The notes beneath the pieces were generated by a model. It saw nothing but the letters and a program-made list of their open reading frames with translations. It had not been told where the DNA came from and ran no database searches. A stretch of 64,000 nt of DNA from an uncultured bacterium (lineage in GTDB: Bacteria; Planctomycetota; UBA8108; UBA1146): positions 17,353 to 81,352 of the forward strand of contig CAJXMG010000002.1 of assembly GCA_913056395.1 (NCBI GenBank). The letters are read 5' to 3'. Below are positions 48,267 through 57,347 of this stretch, in pieces (the first letter of the stretch is position 1; the number at the start of each line of letters is the position of its first letter). Made by a program: the position numbers and the translations under genes.

Positions 48267-49223
48267 ATGAAGTCATCTCTGACAGGGATCCTGTTTCTGT
48301 GTCTTTTGATGTTCGTTGCGACCCCTTTCCTTTCTGCGACCGAAAAGGCCGCCGAAGGTCTTTCCTGGGAAACGGATATTTCCGTTGCCATGGAGAAGGC
48401 GAAAAAGGAGGGCAAGGACATCCTGATCAACTTCACCGGCAGTGACTGGTGCGGCTGGTGCAAAAAACTTGACAGCGAGGTTTTCTCCAAGCCGGACTTC
48501 GATGCCACGGCAGGCAAGCAGTTCATCTACCTTTACCTGGATTTCCCCCAGGCTGAAGAGCTGAAGGCCAAAGTGGTTGACCCCAAACTGAACGACAAGC
48601 ACCGCGATGAGATGGGGGTCAATGGTTACCCCACCATCATGCTCACCGATGCCATGATGCGCCCCTACGGTCGTACCGGATATCTTCCGGGTGGACCCGA
48701 AGCTTACCTCAAGAATCTTGAGGAGTTGCGTACCGAAGGTGACAAGCTGAAGAAGATGCTTGCCGCTGAAGATGCGGAAGCCGGCAAGATGCTTGCGGAC
48801 GTTTTTGGCGTGATGACCAAAAACGAGCTTCTCGGATACCCCGGATACTCCAAGTATCTGGAGATGGCTGAAAAGTCTGACAACGCCGACCTGAAAAAAT
48901 TGGTCGCCGCCCACAAGGCCGGCATGCGTCTCAAGGAGTTGATGAACACCCGCGAGCCGGACTTCCCGACACTGGTCGCTTTCCTGACCGAGAACCCGGA
49001 CGTCACCGGACCGGATGCCCTCAATGCTCTCTGGTTTGCCCACCAGTGGTTGGCCGAGCAGGATCGCAGGGACGAGGCCAAAGCTTTCCTGAATCGCATG
49101 CTCAAAGATCCTCTGGTCGCCGACAATCCGCAGGGCAAGCAGATGATCGAACAGGCCATCCACAATCTGGACCATCCCGATGGAAACCATGACCACGATG
49201 GTGACGGAGTGCCCGACCACTAG
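48267..49223 (+). CDS. Secreted thioredoxin-family protein (CGWC active site) with helical C-terminal extension
   Basis: Signal peptide, INFTGSDWCGWCKKLD. AAGGAG ribosome-binding site before the ATG at 48267. Confidence 0.7.
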   Translation: MKSSLTGILFLCLLMFVATPFLSATEKAAEGLSWETDISVAMEKAKKEGKDILINFTGSDWCGWCKKLDSEVFSKPDFDATAGKQFIYLYLDFPQAEELKAKVVDPKLNDKHRDEMGVNGYPTIMLTDAMMRPYGRTGYLPGGPEAYLKNLEELRTEGDKLKKMLAAEDAEAGKMLADVFGVMTKNELLGYPGYSKYLEMAEKSDNADLKKLVAAHKAGMRLKELMNTREPDFPTLVAFLTENPDVTGPDALNALWFAHQWLAEQDRRDEAKAFLNRMLKDPLVADNPQGKQMIEQAIHNLDHPDGNHDHDGDGVPDH

Positions 49224-49246
49224 GCCGGTCTCCCGAACAAGTTGAA

Positions 49247-49287
49247 ACGGAGGGTGGATCCCCGGTGATCCACCCTCCGTTTTTTTG
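49247..49287 (+). terminator. Rho-independent terminator
   Basis: 14-bp perfect stem acggagggtggatc / gatccaccctccgt, loop cccggt, then TTTTTTT. Confidence 0.8.
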
Positions 49288-49347
49288 TGCCTGATCCACA
49301 AATTGGATCACTTCTGCCCTTAAACCGACTGATCAGCATTCTCGAAA

Positions 49348-51291
49348 TTGAGCCCAGTCGTTATGATCGGAAGCAGAAGAGGGGGCAGTACTTTGGCCAG
49401 GGACACCAAGCCCAAACCAGGATGTGAAGGATTTCGCCGATCCGGCAACCGGACCCCCGGTCGTTCGGGAAAGCGACGGGCATGGGTTCTCGGATTTGTC
49501 CATCTCCTCATCGCAGGCCACCTGATTCACTGGTGGATCACGGGGCGCACTCTCTCCCCCATCGAACCTTCAGAGAGTATGTACACCCTCGAAAATGGTC
49601 AGGTGAATGCGGGCTTCATCTTTTTTGTAGTCGCCATCTTGTCGACCGCAGTACTGGGTCGCTGGTTCTGTGGCTGGGCATGTCACATGGTGGCGCTCCA
49701 GGACCTGTGTGGCTGGATGATGAAAAAGGTTGGAATCACTCCCCGCCCCTTCCGCAGCCGTCTGCTCTCCTGGGTCCCCTTCATTCTCGCCTTCTACATG
49801 TTTCTCTGGCCCACCTTCAAACGGGAAGTGTTTCCCATCGTTGAATCATTCCTTCCGGGATTGACCACATGGTTCGCTCCTGTGAAAGCGTGGCCAGGAT
49901 TCAGCAACCACCTCTTCGTGGAAGATTTCTGGGCCACATTCCCCTCGGTCATCGTCTCGATTCCGTTCTTTCTGATCTGCGGATTCGTCGTCGTCTACCT
50001 GCTGGGGGCCAAAGGTTTCTGTACTTACGGGTGCCCTTATGGAGCCTTCTTCAATATCGCTGACCGCGTCTCACCGATGCGCATCGTCGCAGATATGTCA
50101 AAGTGCGAATCGTGTGGATTGTGCACGGCACACTGCACCTCCAATGTACAGATCTCCCGTGAGATCCGTGTTCACGAGCAGGTGGTCGATCCGGGCTGCA
50201 TGAAGTGCCTCGACTGCGTGGATGTCTGCCCCAACAGCGTGCTTTCATTCGGTTTGGGAAAGCCGGGACTGTTGGCGAGCAAAGGCCCTGAAGCCAAAAA
50301 AATCGCCCGAAAATCCCATCTCTCCTGGGGTGGTGAACTGGCACTCGCATTGGTGTTTGCCCTGAGCTGGTTCAGCTGGCGAGGTGTTTACGAGCAAGTC
50401 CCCCTGCTGATGGCCACCGGTATCGCCTTGATGGTGACTTTTCTCTGTTGGAAAGGGTTCCAGTTACTGAGCGAGAAAGATGTCTCTCTCCAGCAGCAGC
50501 CCCTTCGGCGATCCGGGAAGTGGACTTCCTCCGGCAAGTGGGTTCTCGTCTCTGCTTTCCTCTGCCTGACGATGACGGTCTCTGCAGGGAAATCCCGTTG
50601 GGACCTCCAACAGTCCTCCCAATGGATGGAGAAAGCGGCGGTCAATCTGGATCAGGTCTTTTTGCCTGGCAAACCGCCTGTTCCAGCAGAAGCCATCGCC
50701 GCCGCTGAAAATGCACTCGGGTTTTTAAAGTCGCAGCTCTCTGTCACCCGGGGAGGATTCGCCCTCTTTGAGCCGGAAGGAACCCGTCTCGAAGAACGAC
50801 TCGGTTACATGAGTGCCGTATCCGGGGACCTGACGGCGGCCAAACGCTGGTGGAGCAGCGCCCTCGATGAACCTCTCGAACCGAGCCACGATCTGTTGTT
50901 GCGCTATGGCCAGTTGATTGAAAAACAGGATGGCCCGAAAGCCTTGGCTGACTGGCTGAACTCCTCCAGGGATCGCTGGGGGTTACTCCCCCCCCTCGTC
51001 ACACTTCGGGGAATTCTGGCGCAGAAACAGGCCACCGCCTCTGTTCAGAATGGAAGCTACTATGCTGCAGCCCTGCATCTGGAAGCGTTGATCCCCTGGA
51101 TCGGACCTAACCCCGGCTTGCTCGAAGACATGGGGCGACTGCTCGACTCAGCAGTCCCGAGTCAGGAAGTTGACGAGATGCGTCTGCGCCTCAACCAACT
51201 TCGGTCCAACAATGTCGCCCCGGGATCCCCTTCAGGAGTGATTCAGGAAGCAGGAGTGATTCAGAAAGCAGGAGTGATTCAGGAAGACTGA
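49348..51291 (+). CDS. NapH/CcoG/NosR-family membrane polyferredoxin with long C-terminal TPR-like extension
   Basis: GRWFCGWACH and CTYGCPYGAF motifs, plus two CxxCxxCxxxC(P) clusters (CESCGLCTAHC, CMKCLDCVDVCP). Several transmembrane helices. Confidence 0.6.
   Translation: MSPVVMIGSRRGGSTLARDTKPKPGCEGFRRSGNRTPGRSGKRRAWVLGFVHLLIAGHLIHWWITGRTLSPIEPSESMYTLENGQVNAGFIFFVVAILSTAVLGRWFCGWACHMVALQDLCGWMMKKVGITPRPFRSRLLSWVPFILAFYMFLWPTFKREVFPIVESFLPGLTTWFAPVKAWPGFSNHLFVEDFWATFPSVIVSIPFFLICGFVVVYLLGAKGFCTYGCPYGAFFNIADRVSPMRIVADMSKCESCGLCTAHCTSNVQISREIRVHEQVVDPGCMKCLDCVDVCPNSVLSFGLGKPGLLASKGPEAKKIARKSHLSWGGELALALVFALSWFSWRGVYEQVPLLMATGIALMVTFLCWKGFQLLSEKDVSLQQQPLRRSGKWTSSGKWVLVSAFLCLTMTVSAGKSRWDLQQSSQWMEKAAVNLDQVFLPGKPPVPAEAIAAAENALGFLKSQLSVTRGGFALFEPEGTRLEERLGYMSAVSGDLTAAKRWWSSALDEPLEPSHDLLLRYGQLIEKQDGPKALADWLNSSRDRWGLLPPLVTLRGILAQKQATASVQNGSYYAAALHLEALIPWIGPNPGLLEDMGRLLDSAVPSQEVDEMRLRLNQLRSNNVAPGSPSGVIQEAGVIQKAGVIQED
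51232..51285 (+). repeat. Three 18-bp tandem repeats encoding GVIQ(E/K)A at the C-terminus of the polyferredoxin
   Basis: gcaggagtgattcag(g/a)aa x3 read directly. Confidence 0.8.
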
Positions 51292-52241
51292 TCTTCCCCC
51301 GTCAGTTTCAGGTAGGCCTGCTCAAGGCTCGCACCTTCACGCACTTCATGGGGAGGCTGACCCTTCTCTATCAGAAAACGGTACAACTGGGACAAGGCCC
51401 CATTCAAGCCATCTTCCTGATCCGCATTCAGACTAACCGTCAATTGGTGATCGCTGAACTCCACTTCATTGACGTGGCTCAACTGCTTCACCTCAACGAC
51501 CAATTCCACCTCCACCTTTGCATCGAGGTGAATCTCAAAGCGACGCGCCCGCCTTGTGACCTCTTCCACGGTGCCACTGGAAATCAACTCTCCACCAACG
51601 ATCACACCGACCGAATCGATGAGGTCCTGTAGCTCCAAAAGGTTGTGCGAGGAAACGATGACCAGCGATCTTTCCGCCAACTCGCGCATCAGATGACGAA
51701 TCTGTCGTGCGTTGGCGGGATCGAGACCCGCTGTCGGCTCATCGAGAAGGACAATTTCAGGCTCGGCGAGGATCGCCTGAGCCACACCCAGTCTCTTGCC
51801 CATTCCATGGGAGAGAACAGCGGCTCCCCTGAAAAGCTCGGTCTCGAGGCCCACCCGCTGCATCACTTCGCGAACACGCTGTTCCGCCACTTCCCCCTGA
51901 TAACCATCCAGTTTCAAAAGAAAGAGAAGTTGATCAAAGATGGAGATATCCCTGGCGAAGATGGCGTCCTGGGGCATGACGCCCACTCGACCCATGAGGG
52001 CAGAAGCGACGGGGCTCGACTCCCCCAACACCGAAATCGTTCCCTTCTGCAAAGTCAGGAACCCGGCGATCAGGGAAAACAGTGTGGTCTTGCCCGCACC
52101 ATTGGGCCCGACCAGTCCGACGATTCCTTTTTGGGGCAGAACCCAATCGATGTCTTTCAGGGCCTGCTTTTCACCAAAGTGATGACTCAAGCCGCGGATG
52201 TGAATCGCTTCACCATTGGTGACTTCAGAAGAGTTGCTCAA
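51279..52241 (-). CDS. ABC transporter ATP-binding protein
   Basis: Walker A GPNGAGKTT, LSGGQ-like signature, Walker B ILLDEPT. Confidence 0.85.
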   Translation of the reverse strand: MSNSSEVTNGEAIHIRGLSHHFGEKQALKDIDWVLPQKGIVGLVGPNGAGKTTLFSLIAGFLTLQKGTISVLGESSPVASALMGRVGVMPQDAIFARDISIFDQLLFLLKLDGYQGEVAEQRVREVMQRVGLETELFRGAAVLSHGMGKRLGVAQAILAEPEIVLLDEPTAGLDPANARQIRHLMRELAERSLVIVSSHNLLELQDLIDSVGVIVGGELISSGTVEEVTRRARRFEIHLDAKVEVELVVEVKQLSHVNEVEFSDHQLTVSLNADQEDGLNGALSQLYRFLIEKGQPPHEVREGASLEQAYLKLTGEDQSS

Positions 52242-53164
52242 AGGTCAGCCCTCCGGAATCTCCATGCCGCGAGAGTCATGAACAGAAGACTGTGTCCCAT
52301 TGAATATGCCACGGCTTTGAAGACCTTGTCTCCATCCGGAGAGAGCAGTTCATGGGAGTATCCCCAGGGTAGCAGATACAGAAGATTGCCGAGGGGGTCC
52401 CATGCCTCCTGAAGACTGAGTGCCAGCAACGGTGTCCCCACCGTGGCTCCCACTGCCGCCAGAAGAGCGACCATCGGTACGCGGAAGACCGCAGAACACA
52501 AAACTCCAAGGGAGACATAGGGAGTCGCCAGACAACACAGGGAAAAAAAGCAACGCCCCGCCCACGGCACCATCGATTCAGTCGCCTCCGGTGGCAACAT
52601 GATCGACAGATAGACCACCACTGAGAACAAGAGCAGCAATATCAATACCCAGGACAGAATCAGTGTCCCCAGCCAGCGTCCCACCAAAAGGGACAGGCGG
52701 CTGGTTCGGGGAAGGAGATAGCGAACCGTTCGGTGTTGGACATCGCTGGAGATGGCGGTGAAGGACCCCAGCGGTAAAAGGAGTGGCAACACCACTCCCA
52801 ACAGTAAAACCGTGATCGACAGCAACATCGGATTGTCCTGAATCAGATATCGTGCCCACATTCCCAGATCGATCAGGTCTCCGGAATCCATTCGAGAAAG
52901 AATGTCCGTATCCGGTGGACCATTTTCATCTTCCCCACCCATACGCAAACTGGCGGTGGCAAGGGCAAATCCTATGGCCTTGCTTGCGGATTCCCTGAAC
53001 TCTTCCGCTGTCGTAAAGCCCAGCTCCACAGGAGTGATCGAGAGGTTTGCCAGTGAAAGACCGATCAGAATCGTCAGAAAGATGAAGGCGACCCCCGAGC
53101 CGGTCCGCAGGGAGTGAATGATCAGTTTTTGTGCATGGAGAAGGACATGACGAATTGGAATCAT
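52238..53164 (-). CDS. ABC-2-type transporter permease
   Basis: Six hydrophobic helices. ATGA overlap with the ATPase gene. Confidence 0.65.
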   Translation of the reverse strand: MIPIRHVLLHAQKLIIHSLRTGSGVAFIFLTILIGLSLANLSITPVELGFTTAEEFRESASKAIGFALATASLRMGGEDENGPPDTDILSRMDSGDLIDLGMWARYLIQDNPMLLSITVLLLGVVLPLLLPLGSFTAISSDVQHRTVRYLLPRTSRLSLLVGRWLGTLILSWVLILLLLFSVVVYLSIMLPPEATESMVPWAGRCFFSLCCLATPYVSLGVLCSAVFRVPMVALLAAVGATVGTPLLALSLQEAWDPLGNLLYLLPWGYSHELLSPDGDKVFKAVAYSMGHSLLFMTLAAWRFRRADL

Positions 53165-53553
53165 CCGGTTTTCCCCTGCGCTTGAAGAAAGTCACGGCGA
53201 AAGATCACATGGAGCATGAAAATCAGGAAAAGGGGATAGAAGATTTGTCGGGCAATGGAGAGTCCATTACCCCTGAGGAATGTTTGTGGCAACCATTCGA
53301 TGCTCAGAATGTAAAAGGCAGCCAAAGCGATGCCGCCAAGGGTGCCGAGCCAACGCCCGATCAAATTGCTGCGCTTCAACAAACCCCATATCGAAACCAG
53401 AAGCAGCAGTGTTGCTACCAATCCGATCACGGCAAGGATTTGCAAATCCATGGGAGTGAGTCCCTCATCGAGGAGAGACTGCAGATACTCGCGACGCCAG
53501 CCCCGGCCTCGCACCTCACCCTCTGCCACCTCCATGAGGTCATAGGAGGTCAT
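53161..53553 (-). CDS. Small integral membrane protein (unknown), translationally coupled to the ABC permease
   Basis: Hydrophobic helices. The 5' end is uncertain (Met at 53553, or a non-ATG start near 53630), and the track start at 53745 overlaps the bfr-like gene. Confidence 0.35.
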   Translation of the reverse strand: MTSYDLMEVAEGEVRGRGWRREYLQSLLDEGLTPMDLQILAVIGLVATLLLLVSIWGLLKRSNLIGRWLGTLGGIALAAFYILSIEWLPQTFLRGNGLSIARQIFYPLFLIFMLHVIFRRDFLQAQGKTG

Positions 53554-53635
53554 AAATCGCTCAATCGTCGTTCCGCCGACGGCAAGAGCGAAGAACCCAT
53601 TGAGAACCGAAAGGGCTGTCAGCCCACCGGGACGG

Positions 53636-54085
53636 TCACTCGCTGCCAACGGTATTTTCCCCGAGGAGCATCCGCAATTCGGAAACGTGTTCAGATTCCA
53701 GGGCCACCTGTTGACGGGCGAACTCCTCGAGAACCACGTCCCCACTACCCTCTACCACCTCGAGAAACTCCTTGTACGCATCCAGAGCCGCCTGCTCAAA
53801 GAGAAGGGCCGTTTGAAGTGCTTCGATGCCCGTACACTTTTCACCGGTCAACTCGAGATTGATTTTTGGCTGGGGGGTTCCCCCCACCTGAAGAATCTTC
53901 TCGGAGACCTGTTGGGCATGCTCGACCGTTTCTTCATGATTTTCCTGAAGCACCTTTTGGATGACCAGTCGATCGATCCCCTGGACCAGTGTGCCCAGAT
54001 GCAGATATCGGATTGAAGCTTCCAGCTCTTCCGCCAACAACTCATTCAGGCGGCTCAGAGCAACCTCACGGGAATATTCACTCAT
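53636..54085 (-). CDS. bfr: Bacterioferritin / ferritin-like diiron protein
   Basis: ExxH pairs (HEETVEH, LESEH) in a ~150-aa four-helix protein. Start set at MSEYSRE. Confidence 0.6.
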   Translation of the reverse strand: MSEYSREVALSRLNELLAEELEASIRYLHLGTLVQGIDRLVIQKVLQENHEETVEHAQQVSEKILQVGGTPQPKINLELTGEKCTGIEALQTALLFEQAALDAYKEFLEVVEGSGDVVLEEFARQQVALESEHVSELRMLLGENTVGSE

Positions 54086-54635
54086 CGTCTTTATCCTTGC
54101 TTTGCTCTTCAGAGCTGCTCTGCAATCGCTCGGAGATGGTCTCGATCTCTTTTCCCGGGAAAGCCTCAACCCGGCCTTCGCGGATACTGTCTTCGAGAGC
54201 GTTCACTTGCTGTTCACGATCCGAAGAAGAATCCGAAGCATCCTCTCTTCGATCGATGTAGATCGCCAGCGCCTCAGCGGTCAGATCGCTGACCAGGTGC
54301 TCAATCTTGCAGGCGTCCATTTCCGCCAGATCCGCAGGCAGACCGAGGGATTTTTCCAAAAACGCCTGAAACAGGACCCGCTTGGTGTGAATCCCCCGCG
54401 CAATCCGCTGGCCTTCATCAGAAAGCCCCAAATGCTTGTGCTGGTCTTCCACCACCAGCCCTCTTTGCCGGAGCCCCTTGAGGGAGACGGAGACACTTCC
54501 GCGGGTGATGCCCAGTTTTCGGGCGACATCCGACACTCGGGCATACCCCTGATCTTCCAGGAGTTGCTGAATCGCCGTCAAATGGTGGGCAGCAGAATGA
54601 CTTACGGGGTTCTGGTCGAACTCTCGCCAATCCAT
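54078..54635 (-). CDS. DtxR/MntR-family metal-dependent transcriptional regulator
   Basis: HTH VSDVARKLGITRGSVSVSLKGLRQRGLV. Start at MDWREF with a GAGGAGGAG ribosome-binding site. Overlaps the bfr start by 8 nt. Confidence 0.75.
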   Translation of the reverse strand: MDWREFDQNPVSHSAAHHLTAIQQLLEDQGYARVSDVARKLGITRGSVSVSLKGLRQRGLVVEDQHKHLGLSDEGQRIARGIHTKRVLFQAFLEKSLGLPADLAEMDACKIEHLVSDLTAEALAIYIDRREDASDSSSDREQQVNALEDSIREGRVEAFPGKEIETISERLQSSSEEQSKDKDDE

Positions 54636-54652
54636 TCGCGTCTCCTCCTCTT

Positions 54653-54668
54653 GTTTGGGTACCCAAAC
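54653..54668. promoter_or_regulatory. 16-bp perfect palindrome GTTTGGGTACCCAAAC, candidate operator in the dtxR / feoA divergent region
   Basis: Read directly. About 20 nt upstream of the dtxR start. Related copies at ~61034 and ~62417. Confidence 0.5.
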
Positions 54669-54921
54669 GGGTTGATGAGCACTCAAACAGCATGTAAAAA
54701 TAGGCCTGCTGAGCACCGTGTTCCTGGATCTGCAGATTAATGCCCGATTCACGTAAGGACAAGTGTTCGTAATAGTTGCGAGGCTCACTTGAGCCTTCAT
54801 CTCAGGACTTTCGAACTGGAGATCCATGCAAACCGGTAACCCCAGCCCAGAAAAGAGTGCGCGACCCTCGCTGGAACAGGCGGCTCTCAGCACGTCTGCC
54901 CAGGTCAGATCACTCTTTGAC

Positions 54922-55128
54922 ATGAAACTGGGAGATCGGGGTCGCCTGGTGGAAGATTCAATCCCCCAGAATCAGCGCCCCCTGCTGGAAGCGATGGGCA
55001 TGTGTGGGGACTGCGAGCTTCGGGTTTGCCACAATTCCGGTTCCTGCATTCTGGAGATCGACGGACAAAGGGTAGGACTCAGTGAAGAGATCGCTTCTAC
55101 GCTCCGGGTTCTCCCTCTGGACAGTTGA
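54922..55128 (+). CDS. feoA: FeoA-family protein
   Basis: MKLGDRGRLVE...LLEAMGMCGDCELRV...LEIDGQRVGLSEEIASTLRV matches the FeoA SH3-like fold. The track ORF begins at 54826. Confidence 0.65.
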   Translation: MKLGDRGRLVEDSIPQNQRPLLEAMGMCGDCELRVCHNSGSCILEIDGQRVGLSEEIASTLRVLPLDS

Positions 55129-55239
55129 TCCAGATTTCTTTCCTTGAACACGCTTTCCTTTCACAAATCTGATTCACTGTTTATACAGCCGGCACATAGC
55201 CTGCATTCCAGTGTTGATTTTCAGGGTTGAAAAGAGTGG

Positions 55240-55929
55240 GTGAAGACTGACATGACCCGATTTTACAAGCAGTCCGGATTTACCCTTGCTCGCTCCAATA
55301 CCTCAACCCGTTGGCTTCTGACTCTCTTTTTCCTGACCGTGATCTCCGGTTGCGTCGTTGCTGCGATTCAATACTCCAGCAGTGCAGGAGGATTCACCCT
55401 CGAGAATGCCCGCGAATGGGTTCTGGGCAATGAGGACGACCTCGATGCTGAAGAGTTGATGTCCGAAAAAACTCCCAGAGAACTGCTCTCCTTCATCCAT
55501 GACCACATCTTCTCGCTGGGAATGCTGCTCTTCGTCGTCCTGCACCTGTTTGAACTGACGCCCTGGTCCACCGGGGTCAAGGTCACCCTTTCCTTCACAG
55601 GCTTTGGAAGTCTTGCGGGGTTGCTCTTTTCACCCCTCGCCATCGCTTCCGGAAGTTCACTGGCACTCTTCACCCAGATCATCGGCGGAAGCCTTCTGTT
55701 GCTCAGTCTGGTAATGGGATCTTTGGCATGCCTCGACGAGTTGTGGTGGGCACCTCGCCGAAGAAATCGGGCGGGCAAGGCCGATCCCCCGGCTTCAGAC
55801 CCCCTCTTCCCTGCCAAAGCCTCGAAAAAAACAGACTCGGGCAAGTCGGAATCGGGAGGCTGTCCCATGGGCTTCGGGTCCGGTCAAAAAAATCCCGGGA
55901 AACCTTCGTCAGAAGATTCCCCGGGATAA
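55240..55929 (+). CDS. Integral membrane protein of unknown function, downstream of feoA
   Basis: Four or five hydrophobic helices and a Gly/Ser/Lys-rich C-terminal tail. Confidence 0.4.
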   Translation: MKTDMTRFYKQSGFTLARSNTSTRWLLTLFFLTVISGCVVAAIQYSSSAGGFTLENAREWVLGNEDDLDAEELMSEKTPRELLSFIHDHIFSLGMLLFVVLHLFELTPWSTGVKVTLSFTGFGSLAGLLFSPLAIASGSSLALFTQIIGGSLLLLSLVMGSLACLDELWWAPRRRNRAGKADPPASDPLFPAKASKKTDSGKSESGGCPMGFGSGQKNPGKPSSEDSPG

Positions 55930-55955
55930 TCCACTTCGCATATGAATGAGTGGCT

Positions 55956-57128
55956 TTACTTGCTCTTTTCAGCGGCCTGTTCCGCTTTCGCTTCCTGAAC
56001 CAGCAACTCGATGGCGTCGTCCATTTCTTTGCCACGGATATCCTTGTAACGAATGATTCCCTTGGCGTCGATCAAGTAGATCGTCGGCCAACCGGTCACA
56101 TTCCAGCGTGTTGATATCGGTCCACCAGGACTTCCATCGTAAAAGCTGAGCCAGTTGATCTTGTTTTTCTCGACCACTTCACGGGCTTTTTCGATGGAGG
56201 AATCCGAATTGATTCCGACGATGGCAAAAGGATCTGCAGAGTATTTCTCCACGAGCGACCGCTCGTGAGGGTACATGGCCCTGCAGGGGCCTCACCAATC
56301 ACCCCAGAAATCAAGCAGGATCACCTTGCCTCTGAAAGAGGACAGCTGCATCAACTTGCCGGAGATCTCCTTGCCAATGATTTCAGGTGCGACACAACCG
56401 ACCTGAAGATTCTTCATTTCGAAGAGGTCGCCCTTGACCTTGTCGGCATAAACGGATCTCCCGTAAGAGACATCCCCATACTCATCCTGAACCCTTTTGA
56501 GCAGAGCCAGGCCCTCACTGCGGGTCTCTTCCTTCTTGCCCTTGATCTTGGCAAGAGAGTAACAGCCTGCGGCCTGAACTTCCCTGTGAGGCGAGTCACT
56601 GACCACCACGCTGAGAAAATCACACATGGCAGGAGCCATGGCATCGGAGCAGTAGTGTGCGTAGCGCAAGACGTCGACCAGCTTCTCATTCTTCAGGTAG
56701 TGAGTCTTGAGTGCTGACAATGCCTTTTCTGCCATCCAACCGGCAGATTCACTTCTGCCAGCCAGAGCCAACAATTGGTCACAAGCACCGAGGGCCGCAT
56801 CTGTCCCCGCATACTTGTCGATGGCTTTGAGCATCTCGGGGCCGACGACCATCACAGGATCGAGAGCCGGATCGAGTTCGATCTTCTCCATCTCTTTATC
56901 GCTGAGACCTTTTTCCCGAGCCTCTGTCAGCGGCTTGTAATAAGCCTCCTGAGCCTTGCTCATTTTTTTATTGATCTCTTCAAATGCCTTTTCAGCGGCC
57001 GCTTCCATCTTTTCATCTGCGATCCCCGAAACTGAAGCGGGAGAAAAAGAGAAAGCCACTGCCGGACCCGACAGCATAAAAGCGATCACGAGACAGACGG
57101 TCCCGTATCGACGAAGACGAGGAATCAT
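55956..57128 (-). CDS. TlpA/ResA-like thiol:disulfide oxidoreductase, candidate selenoprotein (in-frame TGA at 56292..56294 at the first Cys position of the CxxC motif)
   Basis: Two track ORFs (56292..57179 and 55956..56276) lie in the same frame and are separated by a single TGA. The read-through reads ...VILLDFWGDW-U-GPCRAMYPHE..., i.e. the thioredoxin-fold WCGPC motif with U for C. The second ORF continues with a TlpA-like fold (SFYDGSPGG...GWPTIYLIDAKG). Signal peptide MIPRLRRYGTVCLVIAFMLSG. Confidence 0.6.
56250..56267 (-). promoter_or_regulatory. SECIS-like hairpin downstream of the in-frame UGA
   Basis: mRNA CACGAGC-GGUC-GCUCGUG: a 7-bp stem with the same GGUC apical loop as the E. 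coli fdhF SECIS, beginning ~24 nt after the UGA with the loop at ~31 nt. Confidence 0.45.
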
Positions 57129-57347
57129 GGGATACCCTTCCAATTTTGACCTTCCGGTCGATCCACCTCCGTGGATCAATCTGCAACCAAAGATACCACA
57201 GTGGAAGAAATTGGCAGGGTCCTATTTGGAGCAGGGTCCACAATCTCCTCCGGACGTGCGGCTCCGCTTCCGGACCAGCAACAGGAGAGAGACAACTGCG
57301 ACGAGAGTCACAATCCAGAATTGGGAGTCTGATTCAAACATGGATTC

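Noticed and set aside
48273-49301. 342-aa minus-strand ORF opposite the thioredoxin-like gene, and 47145..47852(-) opposite the KAS gene
   Set aside because: The sense strands carry clear motifs (WCGWC plus signal peptide, and the KAS Cys-His-His triad). The antisense ORFs have none.
54636-54923. 96-aa N-terminal extension of the DtxR-family ORF, and the 54826 start of the FeoA ORF
   Set aside because: The extensions overlap each other on opposite strands. A strong GAGGAGGAG ribosome-binding site precedes the internal Met at 54635, and the FeoA domain begins near Met at 54922.
56292-56294. In-frame TGA in the TlpA-like gene interpreted as a pseudogene or frameshift
   Set aside because: The stop is a single codon exactly at the catalytic Cys position, with the frame intact on both sides and a GGUC-loop hairpin downstream. 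Selenocysteine is more parsimonious, although a point-mutation pseudogene cannot be excluded without sel genes.
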